This document shows, one piece after another, positions 54,283 to 63,545 of a stretch of 64,000 nt of DNA. Every line of letters starts with the position of its first letter. Position 1 is the first letter of the stretch. The notes under the pieces are model-generated. The model searched no databases. It was not told where the DNA came from and saw only the letters and a program-made list of their open reading frames with translations. Source of the DNA: a virus; IMG/VR virus record IMGVR_UViG_3300044837_000077, positions 3,314 to 67,313 of that record; one strand, 5' to 3'. The translations under genes and the position numbers were made by a program.

Positions 54283-54578
54283 TCGAGCCTCGCTATCGCC
54301 GCGCGCAGAACCCTCAGCATCTCGACCGGCTGGACCTGATCGTCGGGCGCGTTGCTATAGGCCACGAGCCAGTGCTCGGCCTGCTTGCACGCTTCAGCCA
54401 GATCGGGCGCGGCAGCCAGGAGCGGTCCCCATGCCTCGGCGCCGATCGCCACGTAGGCGATAGTCCGTTGCCCGCCCATTGGATGGTCATCGGTGACAAT
54501 GGCGTCGCGGGTCTCGGTTTCTTCCACCCGCAATTTGCACTGGCCGGGTGCGGATTTGATGTTGGGCTTTGCGCTCAT
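54279..54578 (-). CDS. Hypothetical phage protein
   Basis: LLAAAPDL.EA motif. Confidence 0.65.
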   Translation of the reverse strand: MSAKPNIKSAPGQCKLRVEETETRDAIVTDDHPMGGQRTIAYVAIGAEAWGPLLAAAPDLAEACKQAEHWLVAYSNAPDDQVQPVEMLRVLRAAIARLE

Positions 54579-54787
54579 GCGCTCACCGGGTCGGTATGCG
54601 CCATGTGGTGCCGATGGCCGGTTTCCGTCTCGAAACACGTGGCGCAGCGGTAGCGAAAGATGCCCTGCACCTTGAACAGCAGCGCGTAATTCCATGTGCC
54701 GCTAGAATGCTGAGCGGCCTTGCAGGCATCGCCGCAGCAGATGCCGACGCGGGTCTCGGGCTCAGTGATTTGACGCCTGGCGCTCAT
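54575..54787 (-). CDS. Small Zn-binding protein
   Basis: CGDAC...YRCATC; coupled. Confidence 0.55.
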   Translation of the reverse strand: MSARRQITEPETRVGICCGDACKAAQHSSGTWNYALLFKVQGIFRYRCATCFETETGHRHHMAHTDPVSA

Positions 54788-55155
54788 ACGACACCGTGGT
54801 AGGCGATCAGCCCATCGCGCATCGCAATCGATGGCATGCCGTAGCCGCAATCCGAGTGCCGTTCGACCTTGCCGTGGTTGACGATCACCCACTCGTAGGC
54901 GCCGTTTTCGGGCTGCCCGACGACCAGTACTTCAGCGTACATATCGACGTCGACAGACATCAGGACCTTGGCGTCACCGGTGTATTTGAAGCCGACAAAC
55001 ATTATTTCGCCGCCGATCAAGCGGGATCTGATAGACGGCTTCCCCGCGAATGCGTCACCCGAGATTGCTGGCGCGAGGTAAGCATTCGCCGGGCAGTCGA
55101 TACCTTCTGCAGAGCGATCTAGAGAAGATCGTGCCGGCAATTTGCGGGGGCTCAT
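54784..55155 (-). CDS. Hypothetical protein (start may be 55002)
   Basis: GC3 bias in 3' part. Confidence 0.5.
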   Translation of the reverse strand: MSPRKLPARSSLDRSAEGIDCPANAYLAPAISGDAFAGKPSIRSRLIGGEIMFVGFKYTGDAKVLMSVDVDMYAEVLVVGQPENGAYEWVIVNHGKVERHSDCGYGMPSIAMRDGLIAYHGVV

Positions 55156-55282
55156 GACGCACCGCCAACGGCCCGCGCTAGCTGCGCCAGCAGGTGCACG
55201 AAGAAGGCGCCGACGGGCAGAAACTCCACAGCCCCCGCGGCACAGACGAGAAGGCAGCCCCAGAATTCCAGGCGCGGCAGGC

Positions 55283-55486
55283 TCATGGAGTCTCTCCTTG
55301 AAGTGCCGTGGCGACGACGTATTTGATGGCGGCCAAACTTTCGCCCGGGCGAGCGGGCAGGTCCGCGAGTTCCTCGATGCGCATGAGTGCTTTCGTGAGG
55401 CGCGCGTTCTCAGCCTGCGCGGCGCCGCGCTTCTGGCGCTGGCGGGGGTGGATGGCGGGGACCTCGATGTGAGGAATCTTGCTCAT
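55283..55486 (-). CDS. Hypothetical protein
   Basis: Coupled ORF. Confidence 0.5.
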   Translation of the reverse strand: MSKIPHIEVPAIHPRQRQKRGAAQAENARLTKALMRIEELADLPARPGESLAAIKYVVATALQGETP

Positions 55487-55764
55487 GCCGCGTCCACATC
55501 CGAAAAGCCGTTCGTGTTCGCCTCGAACCAATGAGGCGGTCGGTCGTGGCCGGGCAGATCGGTGGGATCAAAGCGGCCGTTGTAGCGCATCGTGCCGATC
55601 AGCCGATTGCCCTGCTTGACCGGCCAGCCGCTGCCGACCTGCGAGCAACCATAGAACTCGCCGCGCTTGTTGCCGCCGTGAACCGCAGTCCATGCGGCCT
55701 CGCCGAGTGCGGGGATCGTGTCGGCGGTAACGGTGCCGACCTTGGGGATTTTGACGGTGAACAT
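55483..55764 (-). CDS. First gene of the leftward early operon, hypothetical
   Basis: AAGGAGG RBS just downstream of the PL promoter. Confidence 0.7.
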   Translation of the reverse strand: MFTVKIPKVGTVTADTIPALGEAAWTAVHGGNKRGEFYGCSQVGSGWPVKQGNRLIGTMRYNGRFDPTDLPGHDRPPHWFEANTNGFSDVDAA

Positions 55765-55790
55765 AGCGCCTCCTTGAACCTGTGGAGGCG

Positions 55791-55832
55791 AGACTACACA
55801 ACTGGCGTTGTGCTGTCAACAACGGCGGTTGT
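55791..55832 (-). promoter_or_regulatory. PL promoter with two repressor operators
   Basis: TTGACA-17-TAGTCT on minus strand; operators ACAACTGGCGTTGT (55798) and ACAACGGCGGTTGT (55819). Confidence 0.88.
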
Positions 55833-55877
55833 GTTCTGCGGCGAGGCCCTATTTAATGGCCTAAAAACGCTGTTTAC

Positions 55878-56462
55878 TTAGAGAGATTTGCCTTGCTGCG
55901 GTTTCGCCTCGGCGTCGCGCATCTTGGCCGCTTCGGGCGAATCGATGGTCACCGATCCCTGGTTGAGCTGGGCGAGCGCCCCGTCAAAGAGCACGGTAAG
56001 ATTAGGAAGATTCCAGAGCGCGTGAATGACGTCGAAGCGCGCTCCGAAGCCGTTTTGCACCTGGACGGTTTTCCGTCTGGTGGGCTTTCCGTACTTTGCC
56101 GTGAGCTGATCGAGAATTCGTGTCTGATAAGAGATACCTGGCGTCAGAAACGACAATCCAATAAGTGCGCCGTTTTGATCTAGCATTAAATCCAGACCGA
56201 ATGACGCCGTAGCGTTGTCAGAGGTGCTGAACTGGTCGACTATTGACGGTGTATCGGCAGAGCTAAAATACACGTAGTGGTGTGTGTCGCCAGGAAACTT
56301 GCCCTCCTTGGTCACGCATGTTTTTTGAACAAAAGGACTCGTAGATTCGCATTCCGGTAGTTGAACCGGTTTGCCGAACTCCAATCCGAATACTGCGAGA
56401 TCTGCGCTTCGAGAGACATTGGCCAATAAGAAAAGCACTGCAATTAACGAGAGTTTATTCAT
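55878..56462 (-). CDS. Exported protein downstream of repressor (moron / exclusion candidate)
   Basis: Sec-type signal MNKLSLIAVLFLLANVSRSA; lower GC; LTAKYGKP. Confidence 0.7.
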   Translation of the reverse strand: MNKLSLIAVLFLLANVSRSADLAVFGLEFGKPVQLPECESTSPFVQKTCVTKEGKFPGDTHHYVYFSSADTPSIVDQFSTSDNATASFGLDLMLDQNGALIGLSFLTPGISYQTRILDQLTAKYGKPTRRKTVQVQNGFGARFDVIHALWNLPNLTVLFDGALAQLNQGSVTIDSPEAAKMRDAEAKPQQGKSL

Positions 56463-56483
56463 TTCGGACGTTTATCCCTGAAT

Positions 56484-56903
56484 TCATCGAGCGATACGAC
56501 GTTCCCCTGGTGGACGTTCCCCTGATGGCTTGCTTTTTTTTGCAGGTAGGCCCCCATTATCGGCCTCGAAATCTTCGATCATTCTCAATACAAGCCGCTC
56601 GATGCGCCTTCGTTCAATAGCGGAAACGTGAAGCCATCTGTCCTCGTCAAGAAATGGCCCCGATTTGTTCCCCGTCTTGTCTCCAATCTCCCTATCTAAC
56701 CATTCCGGGTTCACGCCGCACGCGATGGCAAACCACAAGGTGTATTCGCTTTTTCCACTTTTCAACGCCCTTGCGACAGTTTGTTGAGAAATAGAGGTTT
56801 TTACTCCATGCGCCGACAGCTTGTTTTTCACGCGCTCCGCAAGCTCACGCTGATTAATTTCGGCGTGGTCCATCGCCGCCTGGAGACGTTTACCGTAGGT
56901 CAT
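56484..56903 (-). CDS. cI: CI-like HTH repressor, short, no S24 peptidase domain
   Basis: RL..AM....NQRELA...ISQQTV...ACGVNPEWL; divergent from cro across three operators. Confidence 0.85.
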   Translation of the reverse strand: MTYGKRLQAAMDHAEINQRELAERVKNKLSAHGVKTSISQQTVARALKSGKSEYTLWFAIACGVNPEWLDREIGDKTGNKSGPFLDEDRWLHVSAIERRRIERLVLRMIEDFEADNGGLPAKKSKPSGERPPGERRIAR

Positions 56904-56909
56904 TCCCTT

Positions 56910-56980
56910 AATGTACAACCGTTGTTGTAGGGCGCCTAACAATGCGGGTTGTTGCAAAAACAACGGCGGTTGTGTACTCT
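56910..56980. promoter_or_regulatory. OR region: three ACAA-N6-TTGT operators with PR and PRM
   Basis: Operators at 56915, 56939, 56960; PR TTGCAA-17-TACTCT (+); PRM TAGGCG-17-TACATT (-). Confidence 0.88.
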
Positions 56981-56987
56981 CCGCTCC

Positions 56988-57224
56988 ATGGCAAAACTCA
57001 GGGCGATCGAACGGGCAGTACAGGCAGCGGGCGGACAGGCCGAGCTTGCGCGGCGTCTCACGATCATCATGTCCAAACCCGTCAAGCAACAGCACGTCTG
57101 GAACTGGCTCTACCGCGATTCCGAACTGCCCGCTGAGTACGTCATACCCATCGAGAAGGCCATCGAAAATGCCGTCACGCGGCATGAACTGCGGTCCGAT
57201 ATTTACCCCGTAGAAGCCGCTTAG
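56988..57224 (+). CDS. cro: Cro/YdaS-like regulator
   Basis: GGQAELAR, QQHVWNW, PAEY..PIE, VTRHELR.DIY. Confidence 0.88.
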   Translation: MAKLRAIERAVQAAGGQAELARRLTIIMSKPVKQQHVWNWLYRDSELPAEYVIPIEKAIENAVTRHELRSDIYPVEAA

Positions 57225-57299
57225 TCGCCGCGCCTCACCGATGGGACAGGGATCTCTCAAACCACACGACGCGACATATTCGCGCTGGCCTTTTCCATA

Positions 57300-57527
57300 A
57301 TGGCAGACGAACTGCGCGACCTGCGGGCCAAAATCAGCGTGCAAACGGACGCGGCCTTAGATGCGCACAGTCGTGTGACGGGGCAGGATCGATCGGAACT
57401 GGTGCGAGAAATTTTGCATAAGTGGTCACTCGAGCAAATAGCTATCTCCACTTTATTGCATGCTAGGTTGAGAGCCGAGGGAATGGCAGAGGATGGCGAG
57501 GGCGCGTCAGGGAGTGGGCGCCGATGA
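57300..57527 (+). CDS. Ribbon-helix-helix-like regulator at the cII position
   Basis: DLRAKIS...D..LD......DRSELVREIL..W. Confidence 0.7.
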   Translation: MADELRDLRAKISVQTDAALDAHSRVTGQDRSELVREILHKWSLEQIAISTLLHARLRAEGMAEDGEGASGSGRR

Positions 57528-57748
57528 TGCCTTGCGCCAACATCACCGTAGTCTGCCTATCGCCTGGGTGGTTCACCTGTCACCGCTGCGCCAATGAGTA
57601 CGGATACGACGGGCGCGGATTTGCATGGCCGTACTACGAAGATTTCATCATCGGTGACGGCGAGCCTTGGCAAGAGCGGGGCGGCTTCGTGTCTGTCTGC
57701 CGTTGCTGCTATCTGGAATTGCTGGCGGCAGAGGCGGTCGCCGCATGA
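57524..57748 (+). CDS. Small Zn-binding protein
   Basis: CHRC...VCRCC; coupled. Confidence 0.55.
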   Translation: MMPCANITVVCLSPGWFTCHRCANEYGYDGRGFAWPYYEDFIIGDGEPWQERGGFVSVCRCCYLELLAAEAVAA

Positions 57749-58226
57749 TTACGAATACACCTAGGGGCCTTTTGGATCTGCGCAGATCCTGGGAAAGTCG
57801 GTTGGAAAGCGGCTCGTCTGTCGCCGACGAGTGCAACGGTCCGGTGGCTTCGGCTACGAGGATGCGTTGGGTAAGGGCGCATCCAGTGCGCTCCGATCAG
57901 GACATTGATCGCCACCAGGGAATCTCCTTCATTCAATCAAGGAGAGGATGTCAATCACGCCGAAGCTGTCTGCACGGCGCCGCCAATCCCCTGTATACCG
58001 TCCAGCCGGGGGTGCGGCACTTATCCAAATACTACGAGCGGGGCAGTCAATCGCAGTTTGAGTATCGCCCAGCGGACCGGCGCAGGAGAAGGCTGACACG
58101 ACGGCGAATATGTGCCGCAATTCGTCAGAACCTGTGTCGTGGCGAAAGGGACTCTGCGATGCGATCCCCTTTAGCAAGTCGTCCCCGCTGCACGGTGCTC
58201 CGTCAGCGGGTGCGGCTGTGGCCGAT

Positions 58227-58367
58227 ATGACGCCGGCCGCGATCGAACGGATGATTGAACGCTGCGGCCGCCTCATGATCCTGGCTGACACCTACGACCG
58301 CCGATTGCACTGGTGGTATCGCGTGCAGCACTACGTCGGGCGCCGGCCGAAGGGAGCGCGACGATGA
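58227..58367 (+). CDS. Small hypothetical protein
   Basis: ATGA coupling to next gene. Confidence 0.45.
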   Translation: MTPAAIERMIERCGRLMILADTYDRRLHWWYRVQHYVGRRPKGARR

Positions 58368-58864
58368 GCGCTCGGCTTAGACCCATCGAAACGGTTTATG
58401 CGGGCGTCCGTTTTAGGTCGCGGCAGGAGGCGCGATGGGCCATTCTGTTTGACCGACTGGGACTCGAATGGCAGTACGAGGCCGAAGGCTACCAACTGCC
58501 GTCTCAGTGGTATTTGCCGGATTTCTGGCTTCCGGGCATTCAATGCTTCGCCGAAATCAATGGCATCACGGCGCAGTGGACCACGGAGGCTTTGCGCAAA
58601 GCGACCGAACTTGCCATCGCATCCGGGAAGGTCGTCATTCTCTGCGACGAAATGGACCCCGTGCTCCCGCTCATTCCCGCACTTTGGCCGCACGCCGGCG
58701 AGGCCGATCGATATTTCATTGATCTCCCGCGATCAAGGGTCTGCGGGCGTCCCTGGCATGAACCAGATCCGGATGACTGGGGCCTAGATACGGCCATGTT
58801 TTGCGCGCATTCGGATGAGTGGATTGCCGCTGTGGACGTCGCTCGTGCCGAGCAGTTCCGATGA
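58364..58864 (+). CDS. PD-(D/E)xK-like nuclease
   Basis: Y.G..FRSR.EARWA..FD.LG..W.YE.EG, YLPDFWLP, EING. Confidence 0.8.
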   Translation: MSARLRPIETVYAGVRFRSRQEARWAILFDRLGLEWQYEAEGYQLPSQWYLPDFWLPGIQCFAEINGITAQWTTEALRKATELAIASGKVVILCDEMDPVLPLIPALWPHAGEADRYFIDLPRSRVCGRPWHEPDPDDWGLDTAMFCAHSDEWIAAVDVARAEQFR

Positions 58865-59658
58865 ATTTCTTTAAGTACCACATCGGCGACTACGCCAAAA
58901 AAACATCGCATCTGACCTGGGACGAGGACATGGCCTATACCCGGCTGATGCGGGCCTATTACGCGACCGAGAAACCGCTCCCGGCCGATCTTGCAGCAGT
59001 GATCCGGTTGGCACGCGCCAGAACGAAGGCTCAGAAGACCGCCGTGGAGCAGGTGCTCAGAGAATTCTTCGAGCTGACGGACGCCGGCTGGAGCAATGGG
59101 CGCTGCGAGGAGGAGATAGAGGCGGCGAAAGAATCTTTCGATGAAACCGTGTCGCTCAAGAAAAACGAAAAGGAACGCCAACAGCGACATCGAAAAGAGA
59201 GAAAGGAATTATTTTCAAGGTTGCGCGCCGCAGGGGTCGTCATGCCGTTCGATACTAACACCGAAACTCTGCGTTTAAGGCTCCAATCTCTGAATGGTCA
59301 CGGTGATGTCACGGTTGACAAGTCACGCTCGTCACGCGTACGTCACGCGAGCTTGTCACACCATGTCACGCGTGACGCAACGGCTATCCAGACTCCAGAT
59401 ACCAGACTCCAGGAAGATTCCGAAAGAGAAACTCTTTCGGCTGCGGGGCAGCAGGGCGAGTCGGATCCTAGGAAGACGCTCTGGAGGTTGGCGGTCACCC
59501 TGCTTGGGGACGATTCACGGTCCGTTGTCGGCGCGGCCATCAAGAGGGTGGGTGAGTCCAAAGTCGGGGAAATACTCGGCTCAATGGCCGTCAAACCGCC
59601 AGCAGACCCGAAACCGTATTTCATCAAGGCGACCCAGGAGCGGGGCGTCGTCGTATGA
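58861..59658 (+). CDS. YdaU/DUF1376-like replication initiator
   Basis: MNFFK.HIGDY...T.HL...E..AY..L...YY.TE.PLP, VL.EFF, W.N.RC.EEI. Confidence 0.85.
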   Translation: MNFFKYHIGDYAKKTSHLTWDEDMAYTRLMRAYYATEKPLPADLAAVIRLARARTKAQKTAVEQVLREFFELTDAGWSNGRCEEEIEAAKESFDETVSLKKNEKERQQRHRKERKELFSRLRAAGVVMPFDTNTETLRLRLQSLNGHGDVTVDKSRSSRVRHASLSHHVTRDATAIQTPDTRLQEDSERETLSAAGQQGESDPRKTLWRLAVTLLGDDSRSVVGAAIKRVGESKVGEILGSMAVKPPADPKPYFIKATQERGVVV

Positions 59659-61406
59659 AAACCTTCGCGGATTTTCGGATCTCGGTACCGGCGGCCGCCA
59701 CGGCCGAATGCGACGTGGTCTGTCCTGAATGCTCACCTCAGCGCAAAAAGAAAAACGCCAAGTGCCTGTCGGTCAACGTCGCGAGCGGGACCTGGCACTG
59801 CCACCACTGCGGCTGGTCCGGCGGATTGCTTCAAGGCAGCCGCAACGACACTCCCGCATGGAATAAACCGACCTTTCGCAAGCCAGCGCCGATGGCGGAA
59901 AAGCGCGAGCCCACGCTGCTCGACTGGTTTGTCGGCCGCGGTATTCCGGCCACGGTGGTCGAGCGCAATCGCATCGGCTCGGTTCGTGTGTACATGCCGC
60001 AGGTCGAGGACCACGTGACTGCGGCCGCTTTCCCATACTTTCGCGGCGATGAATTGGTGAACGTTAAATACCGCGATCGTGACAAGAACTTCCGCATGGA
60101 AACCGGCGCCGAACGGGTGCTCTATGGTCTGAGCGACATCGAGCCAAAGCGCTGCGTCATCGTCGAAGGCGAGATGGATAAGCTTTCGGTCGAGACCGCC
60201 GGCATCACGAGCTGCGTGTCCGTACCCGACGGTGCGCCGTCCGAGAACACCAAAAACTACGCCAGCAAATTCACGTTTCTAGATGCTGATGCCGAAACAC
60301 TAGAAACCGTTGGCGAGTGGATTATCGCGGTCGATAACGACGCCCCCGGCAAGCGTCTCGCCGATGAACTCGCGCGGCGCTTAGGTCGCGAGAAATGCAA
60401 GATGGTCACATGGCCCGGTGACTGCAAGGATGCGAACGATGTGCTGCGTTCCTTCGGCGCAGAGACACTTCGCGAATGCATTGATCTCGCCACGCCGCTG
60501 CCCATCGAAGGTGTATTCAGCGTGCTCGATTTGTCCGAGAAAATTCAGCGTCTCTACGAACACGGCTGGGAAAAAGGCACGACGACGGGGTGGGGCGAGG
60601 TTGACCGGTTCTACACCGTACGACCTGGCGAATTCACCGTCATCACGGGCATGCCGAACTCTGGCAAATCCAACTGGCTCGATGCACTGCTCGTCAATCT
60701 TGCGAGCGAGCATGGATGGCAGTTCGCGTTGTTTTCCCCCGAGAATCAACCGCTCGAAGATCACATGGGGCGCATGATGGAAAAGTATGCGCGCCAGCCT
60801 TTCGCGCACGGTCCCAGGGACGCGCGGATGACGCCGCAGGTCAAGAATGGTGCTGAGCATTGGCTTGCCGATCACATGTACTGGATTCTGCCGGACGACG
60901 ATACCGACTGGAATATCGAGACGGTTCTAGATCGCGCTAAAGCGCTGGTGCTGCGCAAGGGAATCCGCGGCCTCGTCATTGATCCGTGGAACGAGCTTGA
61001 GCACCCATTGCAAGCGGGCACGTCGGAAACCGTTTACATCGGGCAGGTGCTAAAGCGTGTACGCCAGTTCGCGCGCCGGCATAGCGTGCATGTCTGGATC
61101 GTTGCGCATCCGCAGAAGATGTATCGCGAGGACGGCAAGTACCCCGTGCCGACGCTCTACGATATCAGCGGTTCGGCCAATTGGCGTAACAAGGCCGACA
61201 ACGGGATCGTCATATTCCGCGATTTCAAAAACGACAAAGAGCCCGTCGAGATCCACGTGCAGAAGGTTCGATTCCGGCAGATTGGCCGGATTGGTATGGC
61301 GAAGCTGGAATATTCATCGGCGACGCAAACTTATAGCGAATTGGGTTTTGAAGACCCGCGCAACGAGATGGGATCAGTGGCCAATCGCAAGCGGAAGGCA
61401 GAATGA
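59655..61406 (+). CDS. Primase-helicase (Zn finger, TOPRIM, SF4 helicase; T7 gp4/Twinkle-like)
   Basis: CPEC...CHHC, VEGEMD, SVPDGA, DND..G, KDAN, G.PNSGKS, IDPWN, VAHP, ISGS. Confidence 0.93.
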   Translation: MKTFADFRISVPAAATAECDVVCPECSPQRKKKNAKCLSVNVASGTWHCHHCGWSGGLLQGSRNDTPAWNKPTFRKPAPMAEKREPTLLDWFVGRGIPATVVERNRIGSVRVYMPQVEDHVTAAAFPYFRGDELVNVKYRDRDKNFRMETGAERVLYGLSDIEPKRCVIVEGEMDKLSVETAGITSCVSVPDGAPSENTKNYASKFTFLDADAETLETVGEWIIAVDNDAPGKRLADELARRLGREKCKMVTWPGDCKDANDVLRSFGAETLRECIDLATPLPIEGVFSVLDLSEKIQRLYEHGWEKGTTTGWGEVDRFYTVRPGEFTVITGMPNSGKSNWLDALLVNLASEHGWQFALFSPENQPLEDHMGRMMEKYARQPFAHGPRDARMTPQVKNGAEHWLADHMYWILPDDDTDWNIETVLDRAKALVLRKGIRGLVIDPWNELEHPLQAGTSETVYIGQVLKRVRQFARRHSVHVWIVAHPQKMYREDGKYPVPTLYDISGSANWRNKADNGIVIFRDFKNDKEPVEIHVQKVRFRQIGRIGMAKLEYSSATQTYSELGFEDPRNEMGSVANRKRKAE

Positions 61407-61591
61407 GCCCTAACGATTTGTGTGCTCGTGTGATTCGACTCTACGGACGCCGCTTGACCGATTGGCAGTTGCGCACGCCTTGGACCTACGTCGGATCGGA
61501 TACCAATGTCATTACGGGTGTCATCGTGCCGCCAGACGAAGATAAGCCGGGATTTCGTGTAATCGCGGCCGACATGGAGCGCGCGCCATGA
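61403..61591 (+). CDS. Hypothetical protein
   Basis: Coupled ORF. Confidence 0.5.
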   Translation: MSPNDLCARVIRLYGRRLTDWQLRTPWTYVGSDTNVITGVIVPPDEDKPGFRVIAADMERAP

Positions 61592-61857
61592 GCCAGCGCG
61601 CCCTCGAATTCAGGCACTTCGATGCGGAAAGCTACTTCGTCAAACGTTTGGGCGAGCACGGGCAGACCGTGTACCTCGTGCGCACGGACCCTGACGATCG
61701 CCGCGAGCGCATCCGCGCCGCGATTATGGTCGGCCATCTGGAGTGCACCATTCTCGGCCGACGATCGGACGGCAAACCGGAAAACTATGCAGACGCTTTC
61801 GAGCGGCTGTACGGCGAACCACTCACACCACGAAAACACAGGGGAAAACGCCCATGA
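61588..61857 (+). CDS. Hypothetical protein, paralog of 33095-33373
   Basis: DDRRERIRAAI...NYADAFERLYGEP. Confidence 0.7.
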   Translation: MSQRALEFRHFDAESYFVKRLGEHGQTVYLVRTDPDDRRERIRAAIMVGHLECTILGRRSDGKPENYADAFERLYGEPLTPRKHRGKRP

Positions 61858-62435
61858 AAATCTACAGCCAAGCACCCGATGTCACCGGCTGCATCGAGAA
61901 AATCCAGGCCGCTCACCACGACGGGCTCGAAGGCGTTACCGTCTCCGCGCTGTTCGTGTTCGACGACGAATCGGCGGTGTCGGTGTTGAAGCACCAGAGC
62001 TATCCCGCGGGCGCCGTCGTGCGCATCACACCGCTGAAGGATCGCGCACTCGGCATGGCGGACGCGACCATTGTCGTCGACCGCTGCGGCTGGCTTAGCC
62101 TCTCCGCCCGCCAGCGAGACGCCCTCATCGACCACGAGCTGACCCACCTCGAGGTCAAGACCGACGAGCCGGACGGGTCGGATGATCCTGTGCGTGTGTT
62201 CGATGGCCTCGGCCGCCCGAAGCTCCTCATGCGCCGTCACGACCACCAGTTCGGCTGGTTTGACGAAGTCGCGCAACGTCACGGCGAGGCGAGTGCCGAG
62301 GTGCGCCAGTCGCGGCGGCTCCTGGAATCCTCGGTAGGGCAACTGTACTTCGATTTCGAGCCGCGCGACGCGGTCCCGCCGAAACACAAGGGTCGCGTCT
62401 CCAAGCACGCGCCAGCCAGCGATGCGGTGAATTGA
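61854..62435 (+). CDS. Putative phage metallopeptidase
   Basis: ALIDHELTH (HExxH), HD......EV..RHG. Confidence 0.8.
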   Translation: MKIYSQAPDVTGCIEKIQAAHHDGLEGVTVSALFVFDDESAVSVLKHQSYPAGAVVRITPLKDRALGMADATIVVDRCGWLSLSARQRDALIDHELTHLEVKTDEPDGSDDPVRVFDGLGRPKLLMRRHDHQFGWFDEVAQRHGEASAEVRQSRRLLESSVGQLYFDFEPRDAVPPKHKGRVSKHAPASDAVN

Positions 62436-62436
62436 C

Positions 62437-62982
62437 GTGCTTATCGGACGCATGCGAAACGGCGTCATGGAGACGCGGGACCTCGCGGCGATGGAGGCCG
62501 CGCGAATTGCCACCGAAAAGCAGGTGAGGAGCGATCTCGCCGCGGCGGCTGAATGCATCCGCATCGTCGTCTACGGCTCACCAGCTCCTCAAGGCTCAAA
62601 GAAATTCGTCGGCATGGTGAACGGTCACGGCATGCTCGTCGAATCCTCGAAGAAGGTAAAACCTTGGCGACAGGACGTGGTCGCCGCTGCGATCGCAGTT
62701 CGTCAAGGTGCAGCGCCTTTGGATGGCGCGTTGAGTGTGCGCATGGTGTTCACGATGCCAAAACCCAAGAGCGCACCGAAGCGACGGCGCACTTGGCCGA
62801 ATCGCACGCCAGACGTATCGAAGCTCGCGCGCTCCACGGAAGATGCACTGACAACCGCTGGAATCTGGGCGGACGACGCGAGGGTTGTGGAGTACACGCG
62901 ACTGGCGAAAGTGTTTCCCGGCGAAGACCACGACGCGCTAGACAGCTGCGGCGCCGTGATTGAAATTCGGCTGATGGTGTGA
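62437..62982 (+). CDS. rusA: RusA-family Holliday junction resolvase
   Basis: PAPQGSK, KPWR, PDVSKL.RS..DAL...IW.DDARV. Confidence 0.88.
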   Translation: MLIGRMRNGVMETRDLAAMEAARIATEKQVRSDLAAAAECIRIVVYGSPAPQGSKKFVGMVNGHGMLVESSKKVKPWRQDVVAAAIAVRQGAAPLDGALSVRMVFTMPKPKSAPKRRRTWPNRTPDVSKLARSTEDALTTAGIWADDARVVEYTRLAKVFPGEDHDALDSCGAVIEIRLMV

Positions 62983-63009
62983 ACCGCAAAACATACAGGA
63001 GTTACCGAC

Positions 63010-63165
63010 ATGCTACGAATCCACGTTGAACCGCCGCGCCGCGCACCGCGCTTGCCGCGCGATCATTTCGCCGTGCGGCAGGAAATCTCCTTTGGTCAAC
63101 GCCTGATGCGCGCAATCACGGTGACCGCCGTGTTGCTCTATGCCTGCTGGTGGCTGATCCGATAG
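63010..63165 (+). CDS. 51-aa protein with C-terminal TM (not in ORF track)
   Basis: AGGAG RBS; ends AITVTAVLLYACWWLIR. Confidence 0.5.
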   Translation: MLRIHVEPPRRAPRLPRDHFAVRQEISFGQRLMRAITVTAVLLYACWWLIR

Positions 63166-63273
63166 ATGAGCGATGCATTCTGGTTTGGGTTCGAATTCAC
63201 CAGCGGTGCTTTGGTGGCAATAGGTGCGTCTGCTGCCGCAGTGCTGTGCGGACTCTGGTTGCTGCGGCGGTGA
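63166..63273 (+). CDS. 35-aa hydrophobic peptide (not in ORF track)
   Basis: Abuts previous stop; GTGA-coupled to next gene. Confidence 0.4.
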   Translation: MSDAFWFGFEFTSGALVAIGASAAAVLCGLWLLRR

Positions 63274-63449
63274 GGTCACACCGCGACAAGCGCGAACTCA
63301 CCGAACGCAACCAGCGCATGGTCTGCATGCGTCGCGATGGGATGAAGCTGCGTGAGATCGGTGCGGTGTTTGGAGTCAGCGAAGTGCGCGTGCATGAGAT
63401 CTGTCGCCGTGAGAAAGGTCGACAGCAAATGGAAATGGCGCGCGGTTGA
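63270..63449 (+). CDS. Small HTH protein (sigma region-4-like), late regulator candidate
   Basis: RN..M..MR..G.KL.EIG..FGVS..RV..I. Confidence 0.7.
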   Translation: MRSHRDKRELTERNQRMVCMRRDGMKLREIGAVFGVSEVRVHEICRREKGRQQMEMARG

Positions 63450-63545
63450 GTTGACCGCGTCACAGTTTTCGTTCGTAACCTATTGACACAAGTCACTTAA
63501 AAGCCTCAATGATGCGCGCACGCGAGAACAAGCGAGCATCGAACC

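Noticed and set aside
55152-55286. Small membrane gene with apparent 1-nt frameshift
   Set aside because: Two hydrophobic half-frames could join, but the region is too short to separate real gene, pseudogene or sequencing error
56904-57344. N-terminal extension of the 286-aa repressor ORF
   Set aside because: Overlaps cro and the operators; the HTH begins at ATG 56903
57667-58230. 187-aa ORF from the track
   Set aside because: Arg/Ser-rich with no motifs or codon bias; the region is better explained as structured non-coding sequence
63483-63513. Late promoter
   Set aside because: TTGACA is present but there is no convincing -10 at 16-18 bp
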